From contig JANOAV010000205.1 in assembly GCA_031411295.1 (NCBI GenBank), forward strand, positions 39,933 through 103,932: DNA of 64,000 bases, given 5' to 3'. Both the position numbers and the translations under genes were made by a program. The notes under the pieces are model-generated. The model searched no databases. It was not told the DNA's origin and was given only the letters and a program-made list of their open reading frames with translations. Each line of letters starts with the position of its first letter. Positions within the stretch are counted from its first letter, which is position 1. The stretch comes from Verrucomicrobiales bacterium. GTDB taxonomy: Bacteria; Verrucomicrobiota; Verrucomicrobiia; Verrucomicrobiales; V1-33. Shown here piece after piece: positions 10,072 to 19,726 of the stretch.

Positions 10072-10096
10072 GTGGCAGCAGTCGGCTCGACTGCTC
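10072..10096 (+). repeat. REP family B variant
   Basis: gtggcagcagtcggctcgactgctc: the family B hairpin with a compensatory C-G to G-C pair swap, located between convergent genes. Confidence 0.65.
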
Positions 10097-10130
10097 ATCC
10101 GGGAACTCATGCGGCAGGATTAATCGATCT

Positions 10131-12923
10131 CTAACCGGAGATGAGTCCGTCTTCACCTAGTTTCACTCCGATGGCTTCGTTGACGGCGGTGTGCAGTCGC
10201 TTGAGCATCACAGGATCGGAGATCTGCCGACCCAGCATATCCGTGAGGCAGAAGGAGTCGATGGCGGCACCTTTCTCGGTATTGATGCGGGCGTGGGTGA
10301 CTTCCAGTTCCAAGGTGCCGATGGCCGTAAAGATATCATAGAGCAGGCCGATGCGATCCACCGCCTGGACTTCCACCATGGTATAGTCCGGGTGCATTTT
10401 ATTGGTCACATAGACGTAGGCGGGGAAATCACGCTGCCACTCTGGAGGCGGTTCCTGGCTGGAGGAGAGCACGTTCCGATCCACCATGCGATCAAAGGAA
10501 ACGGGTTTGCCAGTGAAGGTCTTCTCAACTAAGGCTGCGACTCCTTCAATGGTCTTGGCGTCCGTTACCGGAGCCAGTTTGGTGGTGCAGACCCGGAAGA
10601 CATCAAGCACAAGTTGATCCTTCCGCAGGAAGAGATCGGCACTGAGAATGTTGATGTTCTGGGCGGAGAGGGCCCCGGCAATCTTGGCTAGGAGGAGATG
10701 GCGATCCCAGGAAATCAGCATGAGTTGGCTGCAGCCTTGATCTGGCAGGGCGGTCCATTTCATGACTGGCGTAAGGGCAGCGGAGGCATCATCCTTGGCT
10801 AGCTGGCGGAAGAATTTCCGGAATTGGCGCAAGTGTTCATGGATTACGCTGGCCTCACGATTACGGAAATAGCGCTCCGGCATGCCATCGAAGTGCGCGG
10901 CAATTTCCGCACTGTAGCTGGCATCCGTCAATGCTTCCACTTGCTGCCGGAGTTCCACCTTGTGGGTCTGGTTCCGGCTGAGATATTCGGCCTGGTCCTT
11001 GAGGAAGTCCACGGTGTTGCGATAGAGTTGCCGCAACAGGCTGTCCTTCCAATCGCTCCAGCCGTGCTCGTAAGTGGCGGAAGCATCGGCAAAAGTCATG
11101 ATGAAGAGCGCGTCCAGCCACTCCTTGCTCTTCACGATGCCGGCAAACTGCGCGATCACGCTGGGGTCGTCCAGATCCCGCGTGGTGGCAGTTTGCCAAA
11201 GGGTGAGGTGATGGCCCACGAGGAACATGAGCATGCGGCGGCGGGTGGGTGAGATTTGCAGGCGACGGCAAACTTTGTCGGTCAGTTCCTCGCTGGCGAA
11301 GGAGTGTTGCCGCACGTTCTCGGAACGCCCGGTGTCATGCATGATCAGCGCCAAATAGAGCACAAAGGGGTCCTCCACTTTGTGGAAGATTTCCTGCTGC
11401 GTGGTCAGCTTCGGATTGGTGGTATCGCTGAGCTGATCCAGCTTCTCGATGGTCTGGAGCGTGTGTTCATCGGCGGTGAATTGGTGGAAGAATTCGTGCT
11501 GCACCAGATCCGTCAGGCCACCGAACTCGGGCAGATAGCGGCCCAGGAACCCGACGCGATGCATCTGCCGCAGCGTGCGCGCGACATCGCCCCGCCGACT
11601 CAGGATAGCTTCAAAGGTTTCCCGGTTGGCCTTTTTGTATTGAAAGGTTTTGTTGATGGCAGGCCAGCTCTCTTTGCACATTTGACGGATCACTGGGCTG
11701 GTGCGCAGGTGGCGTAGCTGGGTGTGCTGGAACATCCGCATCAGGCGGGAGGGGTCCTCTTTAAAAATGTCGGGATGTTCCGGGAAAATGAATTCGCCCT
11801 GACTATAAAAGCCATCGAATTTCTCCCGCTTGGTGACATCCTTTTTGCGGGCCAGGAAGCCGATCAGGATTCTGGTGGGCTGCTGTTCCACTTCCAGCTC
11901 AAACCGCTGCATCAGGCTCTGGCAGTGCTGGTAGATGTTCCGGGTGTGATGATAGTAGTCCTTCATCAGCAGCTCAGTGCGCTGGGTGATGCGATGCCCG
12001 GGATAGTTCAAACTTTTTGCGACCACCCCTTGGGCTCGCAGCGTGAGGATGTCGGATGCGGGCTTGGAATTGTAGTGGAGATCGTTTCTCACGAGCATGA
12101 GAAAATCGAACGCCCGCCGCAGTTCCTGGGCTCCGATGGCAGTAATGACGCGCATCTTCACCAACTCATCCAGGTCCATGGTGCCCAGCTTAACATAGCA
12201 AATCCATAAAATGGAGTGGTAATCCCGCAGTCCGCCGGCGCCATTTTTAACATGCGGCTCTTTCACCAGAAACGTCCCGAAGTGCTCCGTGTGGCGTTTG
12301 ATTAAATCCTGCCGTCGGGCTTCAAGATAGGCGTTTTCCTTGCCGGTAATGCACTCTTTACGGTAGTTCTTGAGGAATTCGTCATAGAGGGATCGCTCGC
12401 CCGTAATGAAGCGGGTTTCGATGAGCGAGGATTTGGTTTTCATGTCGCGATTGGCTTCCGCATACGTTTCCTTCAGCGAACGCACGCCCTGGCCGACCTT
12501 GAATCCCACGTCCCAAAGCATATAAAGCACGCTCTCGATCGTTTCCTTCACGGCTGGAGTAACCTTGCCGGGATGGAAGAACTGGAGGTCCAGATCGCTG
12601 CCAGGATTCAGGTAGCCCCGGCCATAGCCGCCCGAAGCCACCAGGGCCACGCGGACGTCCTTGCCACCTTCGGTGAGCGCGCGCTGGAACAAGTTGCTTA
12701 ATACGACATCCAGCATTTCGGAGCGCATCGAGGCCACGGCCAAGCCACCCTCCCGCTTGGCGGCCAATTGTTTGTGCATCAGTCGCAAGCGGTGTTCCTC
12801 CTTCTTCAGGAAAACTTTATACTCCGCCAAGAGCACGGCATGTGATTTCCCTTCCTGAGCGGAAACGGAGAGCGCTTTGCTGGCATGGGCGGAAACTTTC
12901 TGGCGATGATTGGACGGAGGCAT
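10131..12923 (-). CDS. glnD: [Protein-PII] uridylyltransferase/uridylyl-removing enzyme
   Basis: GGYGRG...SDLDL nucleotidyltransferase motif, EPHVKNGAGGLRD, HD domain (FHQFTADEH, MHDTG), two C-terminal ACT domains. Confidence 0.95.
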   Translation of the reverse strand: MPPSNHRQKVSAHASKALSVSAQEGKSHAVLLAEYKVFLKKEEHRLRLMHKQLAAKREGGLAVASMRSEMLDVVLSNLFQRALTEGGKDVRVALVASGGYGRGYLNPGSDLDLQFFHPGKVTPAVKETIESVLYMLWDVGFKVGQGVRSLKETYAEANRDMKTKSSLIETRFITGERSLYDEFLKNYRKECITGKENAYLEARRQDLIKRHTEHFGTFLVKEPHVKNGAGGLRDYHSILWICYVKLGTMDLDELVKMRVITAIGAQELRRAFDFLMLVRNDLHYNSKPASDILTLRAQGVVAKSLNYPGHRITQRTELLMKDYYHHTRNIYQHCQSLMQRFELEVEQQPTRILIGFLARKKDVTKREKFDGFYSQGEFIFPEHPDIFKEDPSRLMRMFQHTQLRHLRTSPVIRQMCKESWPAINKTFQYKKANRETFEAILSRRGDVARTLRQMHRVGFLGRYLPEFGGLTDLVQHEFFHQFTADEHTLQTIEKLDQLSDTTNPKLTTQQEIFHKVEDPFVLYLALIMHDTGRSENVRQHSFASEELTDKVCRRLQISPTRRRMLMFLVGHHLTLWQTATTRDLDDPSVIAQFAGIVKSKEWLDALFIMTFADASATYEHGWSDWKDSLLRQLYRNTVDFLKDQAEYLSRNQTHKVELRQQVEALTDASYSAEIAAHFDGMPERYFRNREASVIHEHLRQFRKFFRQLAKDDASAALTPVMKWTALPDQGCSQLMLISWDRHLLLAKIAGALSAQNINILSADLFLRKDQLVLDVFRVCTTKLAPVTDAKTIEGVAALVEKTFTGKPVSFDRMVDRNVLSSSQEPPPEWQRDFPAYVYVTNKMHPDYTMVEVQAVDRIGLLYDIFTAIGTLELEVTHARINTEKGAAIDSFCLTDMLGRQISDPVMLKRLHTAVNEAIGVKLGEDGLISG

Positions 12924-13139
12924 GGCGGAGGACTGGTCGGATTTAGGGAAGCGCGTATTCTGGCGGCCTTTTCAGATCGATGCAAGCGACGGGAAAGAAG
13001 GATTTGTCCATGATTGACTTGAGAGAAATCCACCCTGTATCGTAGCGATGCGATCGGCCGTTGTCCGATTCGTGAATTTTGTCCGAAAAGTCTCCCACCT
13101 AGGCTATAGCTGGCTATGGCTGCCATGCCTCACTTCTAA

Positions 13140-14453
13140 ATGAAATCCATCCTCCATTCAATCACCATCTGCTTGCTATCCCTGAGCCTGCAAGCGGCCA
13201 GTCAAGCTGCCGGGGCTGCTCCGGCAAAGCCCAACATCATCCTCATCATTTCAGATGACCATGGTTTTCCGGACTATGGGTTTATGGGAAACAAGGATGT
13301 GAAGACTCCTAACATCGACCGCTTGGTCTCGCAAAGCCTGCTTTACACCCGAGGCTACGTGATGCCGGTGTGCTCGCCTTCGCTGGCTTGCCTGCTCACG
13401 GGGAAGTTGCCCCACCAGCACGGGATCACCGGAAATGATCTGGCGGCCGACAAAACCCCAGCAGCGCCCAAGGGCAAGAAAACGCGCGATCCGCTGGCGC
13501 ACCAACTGCTGGGGAATTCGCTCATCCTGCCGAAAGCCGTGACCGATGCCGGCTACCTGAGTTTCCAAACCGGCAAGCTCTGGAATGTCACCGCCACCGA
13601 GGTGGGCTTCACTAGTGGCATGACCGACACGGCGGGCCGTCATGGCGATGCCGGGCTGGCGATTGGCCGCAAAGGACTCAAGCCAGTGCTTGATTTCATG
13701 GACTCAGCGCGGGCGCAGCAGAAGCCGTTCTTTGTCTGGTATGCGCCCATGATGCCGCACTTGCCGCACGATCCTCCGGCGGAAATTTTGGCTCACTATA
13801 CAGGGAAAGGACTCACGCCGTTTGCCGAGAAATACTATGCCATGGTCGAGTGGTTCGACCAAACCTGCGGGGAGCTGGACGACTATCTCACCAAGCACAA
13901 CTTGGCTGAAAACACCGTCATCCTGTATCTGGCGGACAACGGATGGGATGCCTCCAAAGGCCAAAACGGCAACCGGCACAAGCTTTCTCCCTACGAACTC
14001 GGGATTCGCACGCCGATGTTCGTCCGTTGGCCGGGCAAGGTGCAGCCGAAACGCGACGACACCACGCTCGCCTCCATCATCGATTTCGCCCCCACGATTC
14101 TGAAAATCGCAGGAGCCAAAGCGCCCGCGGATCTCCCTGGACTCGACCTCACCAATCAGGAAGCCATGAGCGCCCGCAAATCGATTTTCGTGGAAGCCTA
14201 CACGCACGATATTTTCGATCTCGCCCAACCCGCCAAGAGTCTGGTCACTAGCGTCGCGATTGATGGTTGGTCGAAGTTGCTGCTCCCCACTTCCGTTCGT
14301 CCTGACAAGGCCTACCCCTCCGCCCCCACCGAGATTGAACTCTTCGACCTCAAGGCGGATCCTTTGGAGACCAACAACCTCGCGACCAAGAATCCCGCAG
14401 AGGTGAAACGTCTGCAGGCGATCCAAGAAGCCGCCTGGCCGATGCCTCAATGA
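13140..14453 (+). CDS. Secreted sulfatase-like hydrolase (S1 family) with atypical CSPSL motif
   Basis: Signal peptide, PNIILIISDD, CSPSLACLLTG, GKLW, PHLPH, ADNG, ELFDLKADPLE. Confidence 0.85.
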   Translation: MKSILHSITICLLSLSLQAASQAAGAAPAKPNIILIISDDHGFPDYGFMGNKDVKTPNIDRLVSQSLLYTRGYVMPVCSPSLACLLTGKLPHQHGITGNDLAADKTPAAPKGKKTRDPLAHQLLGNSLILPKAVTDAGYLSFQTGKLWNVTATEVGFTSGMTDTAGRHGDAGLAIGRKGLKPVLDFMDSARAQQKPFFVWYAPMMPHLPHDPPAEILAHYTGKGLTPFAEKYYAMVEWFDQTCGELDDYLTKHNLAENTVILYLADNGWDASKGQNGNRHKLSPYELGIRTPMFVRWPGKVQPKRDDTTLASIIDFAPTILKIAGAKAPADLPGLDLTNQEAMSARKSIFVEAYTHDIFDLAQPAKSLVTSVAIDGWSKLLLPTSVRPDKAYPSAPTEIELFDLKADPLETNNLATKNPAEVKRLQAIQEAAWPMPQ

Positions 14454-14466
14454 ATCACCTCGCACC

Positions 14467-14491
14467 GTAGTCCAGGGCTTTAGCCCGTGGA
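14467..14491 (+). repeat. Single REP-like hairpin (GTAG type)
   Basis: gtagtccagggctttagcccgtgga just after the sulfatase stop. Confidence 0.5.
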
Positions 14492-14570
14492 ACCCTCCCC
14501 GTGAATCAGACGCCTGAATCCACCCGGACATACCTGTGCGCTGCAACCCGCGCGGGGTGCAGCTGGGCGC

Positions 14571-14588
14571 TTGTGAAATTTTTCACAA
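14571..14588. promoter_or_regulatory. Palindromic operator TTGTGAAATTTTTCACAA upstream of nuoG
   Basis: Identical to the nuoM upstream site. Followed after 7 nt by TTGCCG (-35-like) and, 16 nt later, GATACT (-10-like). Confidence 0.8.
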
Positions 14589-14679
14589 ATCCCCCTTGCC
14601 GCGCATTTCGGGCGATGGATACTCGAAGAAATATCTCTTGATGCTGGCTGGGCCAGCCGATTTCCTCCCTTTCCAGACC

Positions 14680-16422
14680 ATGTCCAATCCCGCACCTGCT
14701 ACTGCCGCTGCCCCCGCTACTCCACCAGCCGCTCCTGAACTTGTCAATGTTCAGATCGATGGCGTTTGGTTGAAATTTCCCAAAGGCACCCGCATGATCG
14801 AAGCCTGCAAACAGGCCAAACGCGAGGTGCCGCATTATTGCTATCACCCGAAGCTTTCCAGTCCGGGCAATTGCCGGATGTGTTTGGTGGAAATGGGGAT
14901 GCCGCCGCGTCCCGCCCCGGGTGTGGAGCCGGAGAAGGACGAGTTTGGTTTCCCCAAAATCGGATGGATGCCCCGGGCCGTCATCGCCTGCGCCAATACC
15001 GTGGCCGAAGGCATGGGGATCCGCACCCAGTCAAAACTCACGGAAGACTGCCGCAAGGGCGTCATGGAGTTTCTGCTCATCAATCACCCGCTGGATTGTC
15101 CCATCTGCGACCAAGCGGGCGAGTGCCGACTCCAGGAATTCAGCGTCCAGCACGGACGGGGGATTTCCCGCTTCATCGAGAGCAAGGTCAAGAAGCCGAA
15201 GAACCAACAAATCGGCCCGCGCATCACGCTGGACGATGAGCGTTGCATCATGTGCAGCCGCTGCATCCGGTTCAGCGCAGAAGTGGCGGATGATCCCGTG
15301 TTAGGATTCACCGAGCGCGGGAGTTTCACCACGCTGGCGGTGCATCCGGGGAAGGAATTGGCCAACAATTACTCGCTCAACACGGTGGACATTTGTCCCG
15401 TGGGAGCGTTGACCAGCACCGATTTCCGCTTCCAGATGCGGGTGTGGTTCCTGAAGGAAACCGAATCGGTTTGCACCAAGTGCGCGCGCGGTTGTAACAT
15501 CACTATTGGAAGCCGGGAGAACCAAGTTTACCGGCAGACCCCGCGCGACAATGATGCGGTGAACAGTTCCTGGATGTGCGATCAGGGGCGGCTGGATTTC
15601 CACTATTTACACAGTGAGTTACGGTTGACCGAGCCCATGCTCAAGGAAGATGGGAAACATCGTGTGGCCTCCTGGCGGGAAGCGCTGGAGACCGCCGCCA
15701 CCAAGCTGAAGAGCGTGGCTCCGTCGGAAATTGCCATCGTCGCCAGTGGCCGCATGACCAATGAGGAACTGTGGTTGCTCAAACGTCTGGCCAAAGCTCT
15801 GGGGACAACGCAAATGGACTTCGTCGCCCGCTCAGGTGAAGCCGATAATTATTTAGTGACTGCGGATAAGAACCCCAACAGCAATGGAGTGAAGCTGGTG
15901 TTAGGGGCTGATGGATCGCAACTCGGAGCCATCCGCAGTGGGGTCCAAGCAGGCAGCATCAAGGCGCTGATTGTTTGGAAGGAAGATTTACTGAAAGAGG
16001 CGGGTTTTGCGGCGGCGGATCTTGGGAAACTCGATTTCCTCCTCGTCGGTCACATTCTCGCCAACCCCACGGCCGAAGCCGCGCAAGTGGTGTTGCCGCT
16101 GGCCGCCAGCGCTGAGAAGCGCGGCAGTATGGTGAACGCCACCGGTCGTCTGCAACGATTGCAAGCGGCGGTGCAGCCTCCCGGTCAAGCCCAGGGCGAT
16201 TGGGAAGTTCTGCGAGATCTAACGCTGGCTGTCAGCGGTCAAAATGGACTCTACAGCTTGGAAGATGTCGTCAAACAAATGACCGCTGATGTCTCTGCCT
16301 TCTCTGGCCTGAACCTTGGTAAGATCGGCTCGCAAGGGGTTCCAGTCATGGAGACCGGGGAGACGATCCCGTTGCTGCAACGCGAGGCGGATCGAAAGAA
16401 ACAGGGGATCATCGTTGGGTAA
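14680..16422 (+). CDS. nuoG: NADH-quinone oxidoreductase subunit G
   Basis: HYCYH...GNCRMC, HPLDCPICDQAGEC, RCIMCSRC, DICPVGAL, CTKCARGC...WMCD.GR Fe-S motifs. Confidence 0.93.
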   Translation: MSNPAPATAAAPATPPAAPELVNVQIDGVWLKFPKGTRMIEACKQAKREVPHYCYHPKLSSPGNCRMCLVEMGMPPRPAPGVEPEKDEFGFPKIGWMPRAVIACANTVAEGMGIRTQSKLTEDCRKGVMEFLLINHPLDCPICDQAGECRLQEFSVQHGRGISRFIESKVKKPKNQQIGPRITLDDERCIMCSRCIRFSAEVADDPVLGFTERGSFTTLAVHPGKELANNYSLNTVDICPVGALTSTDFRFQMRVWFLKETESVCTKCARGCNITIGSRENQVYRQTPRDNDAVNSSWMCDQGRLDFHYLHSELRLTEPMLKEDGKHRVASWREALETAATKLKSVAPSEIAIVASGRMTNEELWLLKRLAKALGTTQMDFVARSGEADNYLVTADKNPNSNGVKLVLGADGSQLGAIRSGVQAGSIKALIVWKEDLLKEAGFAAADLGKLDFLLVGHILANPTAEAAQVVLPLAASAEKRGSMVNATGRLQRLQAAVQPPGQAQGDWEVLRDLTLAVSGQNGLYSLEDVVKQMTADVSAFSGLNLGKIGSQGVPVMETGETIPLLQREADRKKQGIIVG

Positions 16423-16480
16423 CGCGGCTGCCGAAGCGGCCACTATCGACTATCGAATCACTGAAGCAGCGGAGGCCACC

Positions 16481-17140
16481 ATGCGCACTTCTTGCTTCAG
16501 TAACCACCGTGGTTCCTCCACGTGGTGCAATCGTTTTGCTGTCAGCACGTTGATTTCATGGTCGATGATGAAGTTGTATTTGGTTATCAATCATCACCCT
16601 GCGGCCGGCATCGCTACCGTGGAGATGCCATCATGGGTGCCGTTCTCACCCTCTTGGCTGCCAGTTTACTTCAGCTTGCTCTGGGTGACGTGGCTCCTGC
16701 CGGTCGCGATTCGTGATGCGGGTCGCTTCCGTGCCTGCATGATTACTAATGTGGTAGCATGGCTGCTCATTCTGCCTTGGTGGATTTTGCTGCCAACCAC
16801 CATGCCGCGCCCCCTTTTATCACATGGCATTTGGGCTCCGGCCTTTCAATGGATGTGGTCGGTGGACGAACCTAATAACATCACGCCCTGCGCTCACGGC
16901 ACGGGTCCGATGGTCGGGGCATGGTTTCTGGGACAGGAATTAGGTCGGTGGCGCTGGCTGCTCCTGGCTGTTGTTTTGTTGGCGCTGCCGTCCATTGCGC
17001 TCGTCTGGCAACACCGACCCTGTGATATCCTGCTGGGTGGGGTGGCGGCCGGTATCAGTATTAGTTGGACGGAAATACTCGTCCGCAGGGCAGCGTATCG
17101 CTCTGCAGTGCACTCGCGTCCAGCGAAAATGCGGGAATGA
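16481..17140 (+). CDS. PAP2/IPC-synthase-like membrane protein
   Basis: Several TM helices. PNNITPCAH and QHRPCD resemble PAP2 motifs NxxPSxH and HxxxD. GGAGG precedes ATG 16481. Confidence 0.6.
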   Translation: MRTSCFSNHRGSSTWCNRFAVSTLISWSMMKLYLVINHHPAAGIATVEMPSWVPFSPSWLPVYFSLLWVTWLLPVAIRDAGRFRACMITNVVAWLLILPWWILLPTTMPRPLLSHGIWAPAFQWMWSVDEPNNITPCAHGTGPMVGAWFLGQELGRWRWLLLAVVLLALPSIALVWQHRPCDILLGGVAAGISISWTEILVRRAAYRSAVHSRPAKMRE

Positions 17141-17217
17141 GAACGAGGATGGCTGCTTTCGCGATACCACATTCCGTAGTGGACAAGCCGCGCTTCCTGC
17201 GGAGTTTACCCATTCTT

Positions 17218-17658
17218 ATGGCCCATAGTTTTACCTTGCGCCGACGGGTGATGTTTTGTGAAACAGATCTGGCCGGTATCATGCATTTTGCTAATTTTTT
17301 TCGATGGATGGAGGAAGCGGAACACGCTTTCTATCGTTCCTTGGGACTTTCCGTGCATCCGATGGCGCACGGGGCCACCAGCACGGACGTCGGTTGGCCG
17401 CGGGTTAGTGCCAAGTGCGACTACCACGCGCCTTTGAAATTCGAGGAGGAAGTGGATGTGGAGTTGCAAGTGTTGGAAGTCCGGAGCAAGTCCGTGCGGT
17501 ATCGATTCCACTTTCGCAAATTGGACGCTGCCTCTACGGTAGCTGCCCTGGGGGAGTTGGCAGTCGTTTCCGTGACGGCAGATGCCACCACTCGTAAAAT
17601 GAAGGCCGTGGCCATTCCCGAAGAATTTCGCTCCCGCATCGAACCCATTCCGTCTTAA
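17218..17658 (+). CDS. Acyl-CoA thioesterase (4HBT/YbgC hot-dog fold)
   Basis: ETDLAGIMHFANFFRWMEEAE, CDYHAPLKF. Confidence 0.88.
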   Translation: MAHSFTLRRRVMFCETDLAGIMHFANFFRWMEEAEHAFYRSLGLSVHPMAHGATSTDVGWPRVSAKCDYHAPLKFEEEVDVELQVLEVRSKSVRYRFHFRKLDAASTVAALGELAVVSVTADATTRKMKAVAIPEEFRSRIEPIPS

Positions 17659-17724
17659 TGATCCGTTTTTCCGTCCTCCCTCTCCCATATCTCCTCCAAT
17701 AACCAATTATCCGTGAAATCGACA

Positions 17725-18342
17725 ATGAATATTACCGCTCTGGCCTTCGCCTTTGGAACCGTCCTTTGCTGGGGCGTTTATAGTGTCTTGCTGCATATGG
17801 GCAGCGTGGGAATGGGACAAGGTGCCAGTGGTCCGCCAGACTTGACGGGCAATCGCATGAAAGCCTTCCTGCTCGTGGGGATCGCCTATTTCATCGTGGC
17901 GATTGTGGGACCGATCATCGTTCTCAAATTGCGTGGCACCCCGTGGACGTTCCCTACTGCGGGCTGGTCGTGGAGCTTGGTGGCCGGTTTCATGGGCGCC
18001 ATCGGAGCGTTCTTTCTGTTGATGGCACTGAGTTCTGGGCGCACCCCGCTCGAAAGTAAATCCGTGCTGCCGCTGCTGGTGCCAGCGATCGTTTTTGCCG
18101 GGGCTCCGATTGTGAATGTCTTGGTAGCCACCACGAAAGAGGGGAACTGGAGCTATGCCAGTTGGAAGTTCTTCGTGGGCATCCTGCTGGCGGCCATCGG
18201 CACCGTGATGGTCATGGAATTCAAACCGGTTCCTCCGGATAAGCCAGCTTCTGCTCCTGCGAACTCTGCCGCTGAAACTCCGGCTCCGAAAGCAGCCTCG
18301 AACTATGGTGATGTTAGCAAGAAAACTTATCATATTAGTTAG
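17725..18342 (+). CDS. Hypothetical 5-TM membrane protein (DMT/EamA-like half transporter)
   Basis: Five hydrophobic helices, WGVY and GAPIVN motifs, host-like codon usage. Confidence 0.7.
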   Translation: MNITALAFAFGTVLCWGVYSVLLHMGSVGMGQGASGPPDLTGNRMKAFLLVGIAYFIVAIVGPIIVLKLRGTPWTFPTAGWSWSLVAGFMGAIGAFFLLMALSSGRTPLESKSVLPLLVPAIVFAGAPIVNVLVATTKEGNWSYASWKFFVGILLAAIGTVMVMEFKPVPPDKPASAPANSAAETPAPKAASNYGDVSKKTYHIS

Positions 18343-18380
18343 CGTGTCCTGTTTTTCCGTCCGCTTTCCTGAAGCCTAAT

Positions 18381-19676
18381 ATGGCTGCCGTCCCCATCGA
18401 TATTGAATCCAAGCGCGCTGCCATCAGCCTGAAGCAGTGGGAGAAGCTCCGTGCCTTGCTCCAGACGGTGTTGCCGATGAATAAATTCTGGAGCAAACGT
18501 CTGGCCGGGCTTCCGATGGACTCGCTGAAAGATTTCCTAACCCATGCACCGTTTCTTTCCAAGCGGATGCTGGTGGAAGATCGGGAAACGTTTCCCCCGT
18601 ATGGCACGAACTTGACCTTTCCGATCGAGAACTATACTCGCTTCTGTCAGACCAGCGGCACCAGCGGGAAACCGCTCGCCTGGCTGGATAGCCGGGATGA
18701 CTGGCGGGTCATGCTGGATTGCTGGGAAACCATCTACAACAAGGCGGGGTTGGAGCCGGGGGAGGATCGCGTGTTCTTTCCCTTTAGTTTCGGACCGTTT
18801 CTGGGATTTTGGACGGCCTTCGAAGCCGCCACGCGCATGGGCTACATGGTGATCCCCGGCGGCGGCATGAGCACCGTGGCGCGTTTGCAAATTATGCTCG
18901 AACACGGGGTGACCGTCATTTGCTGCACTCCGACCTATGCCCAGCATCTGGGGGAAGTGAAGGCGCAGGATCCGCTGCTCAACCAAGCCGAATGGAGTTT
19001 GAAGACTATCATCGTGGCCGGAGAGCCGGGCGGGAGTTCGACCAGCGTGCGGGCGAAAATTGAATCCTATTGGCCGGGCGTTAAGGTCTTTGATCACCAT
19101 GGTCTAACCGAAGTAGGCCCGGTGAGCTATCAGGATCCCAAGCAGCCGGGTCGCTTGCTGGTGTTGGAGGATTTCTACCTGGTAGAGGTGATTGATCCCG
19201 CCAGTGGAAAAGAAGTGCTGGCGGGAGAGGAAGGGGAGTTAGTGATCACGACCCTGCGTCGGTTAGGCTGTCCGTTGCTGCGATACAAGACAGGCGATAT
19301 TGTCCACAAAGGCTACACCCGGTTGGGTCGCCTGTGTTTCGAGGGCGGCGTGTCTGGTCGCCTCGACGACATGGTGCTGGTCCGAGGCGTCAACGTGTTC
19401 CCCTCCGCCGTGGAAGCGATCGTGCGGCGGTTCTCGCAAGTGGAGGAGTATCAAGTGCGGGAAGAACGCCGCGGCGCATTGCTGGAGCTGCATTTACTGC
19501 TGGAACCCGTGGCCGGACTGCGTCCGCTGCAACTAACGGCATTGAAGGAACAACTCGAAGCCGCCCTGCGCGATGCGCTGGCGCTGCGCATCCCCGTGAA
19601 AATCCTCCGCCCCGGAGCCCTGCCACGTTTTGAATTCAAGGCCCGCCGGTGGATCAAGGAACTCCCCCGCGCCTAG
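18381..19676 (+). CDS. Phenylacetate-CoA ligase family (PaaK-like) adenylate-forming enzyme
   Basis: QTSGTSGKP, AGEPG, DHHGLTE, LRYKTGD, GRLDDM..VRGVNVFP. Confidence 0.88.
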   Translation: MAAVPIDIESKRAAISLKQWEKLRALLQTVLPMNKFWSKRLAGLPMDSLKDFLTHAPFLSKRMLVEDRETFPPYGTNLTFPIENYTRFCQTSGTSGKPLAWLDSRDDWRVMLDCWETIYNKAGLEPGEDRVFFPFSFGPFLGFWTAFEAATRMGYMVIPGGGMSTVARLQIMLEHGVTVICCTPTYAQHLGEVKAQDPLLNQAEWSLKTIIVAGEPGGSSTSVRAKIESYWPGVKVFDHHGLTEVGPVSYQDPKQPGRLLVLEDFYLVEVIDPASGKEVLAGEEGELVITTLRRLGCPLLRYKTGDIVHKGYTRLGRLCFEGGVSGRLDDMVLVRGVNVFPSAVEAIVRRFSQVEEYQVREERRGALLELHLLLEPVAGLRPLQLTALKEQLEAALRDALALRIPVKILRPGALPRFEFKARRWIKELPRA

Positions 19677-19690
19677 CGTAAATAACGAAT

Positions 19691-19714
19691 GTGGAGCAGT
19701 CCGCTGGACTGCTC
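19691..19714 (+). repeat. REP family B copy
   Basis: gtggagcagtccgctggactgctc, identical to the reverse complement of 61544-61567. Confidence 0.85.
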
Positions 19715-19726
19715 ACGGCCATGCTT

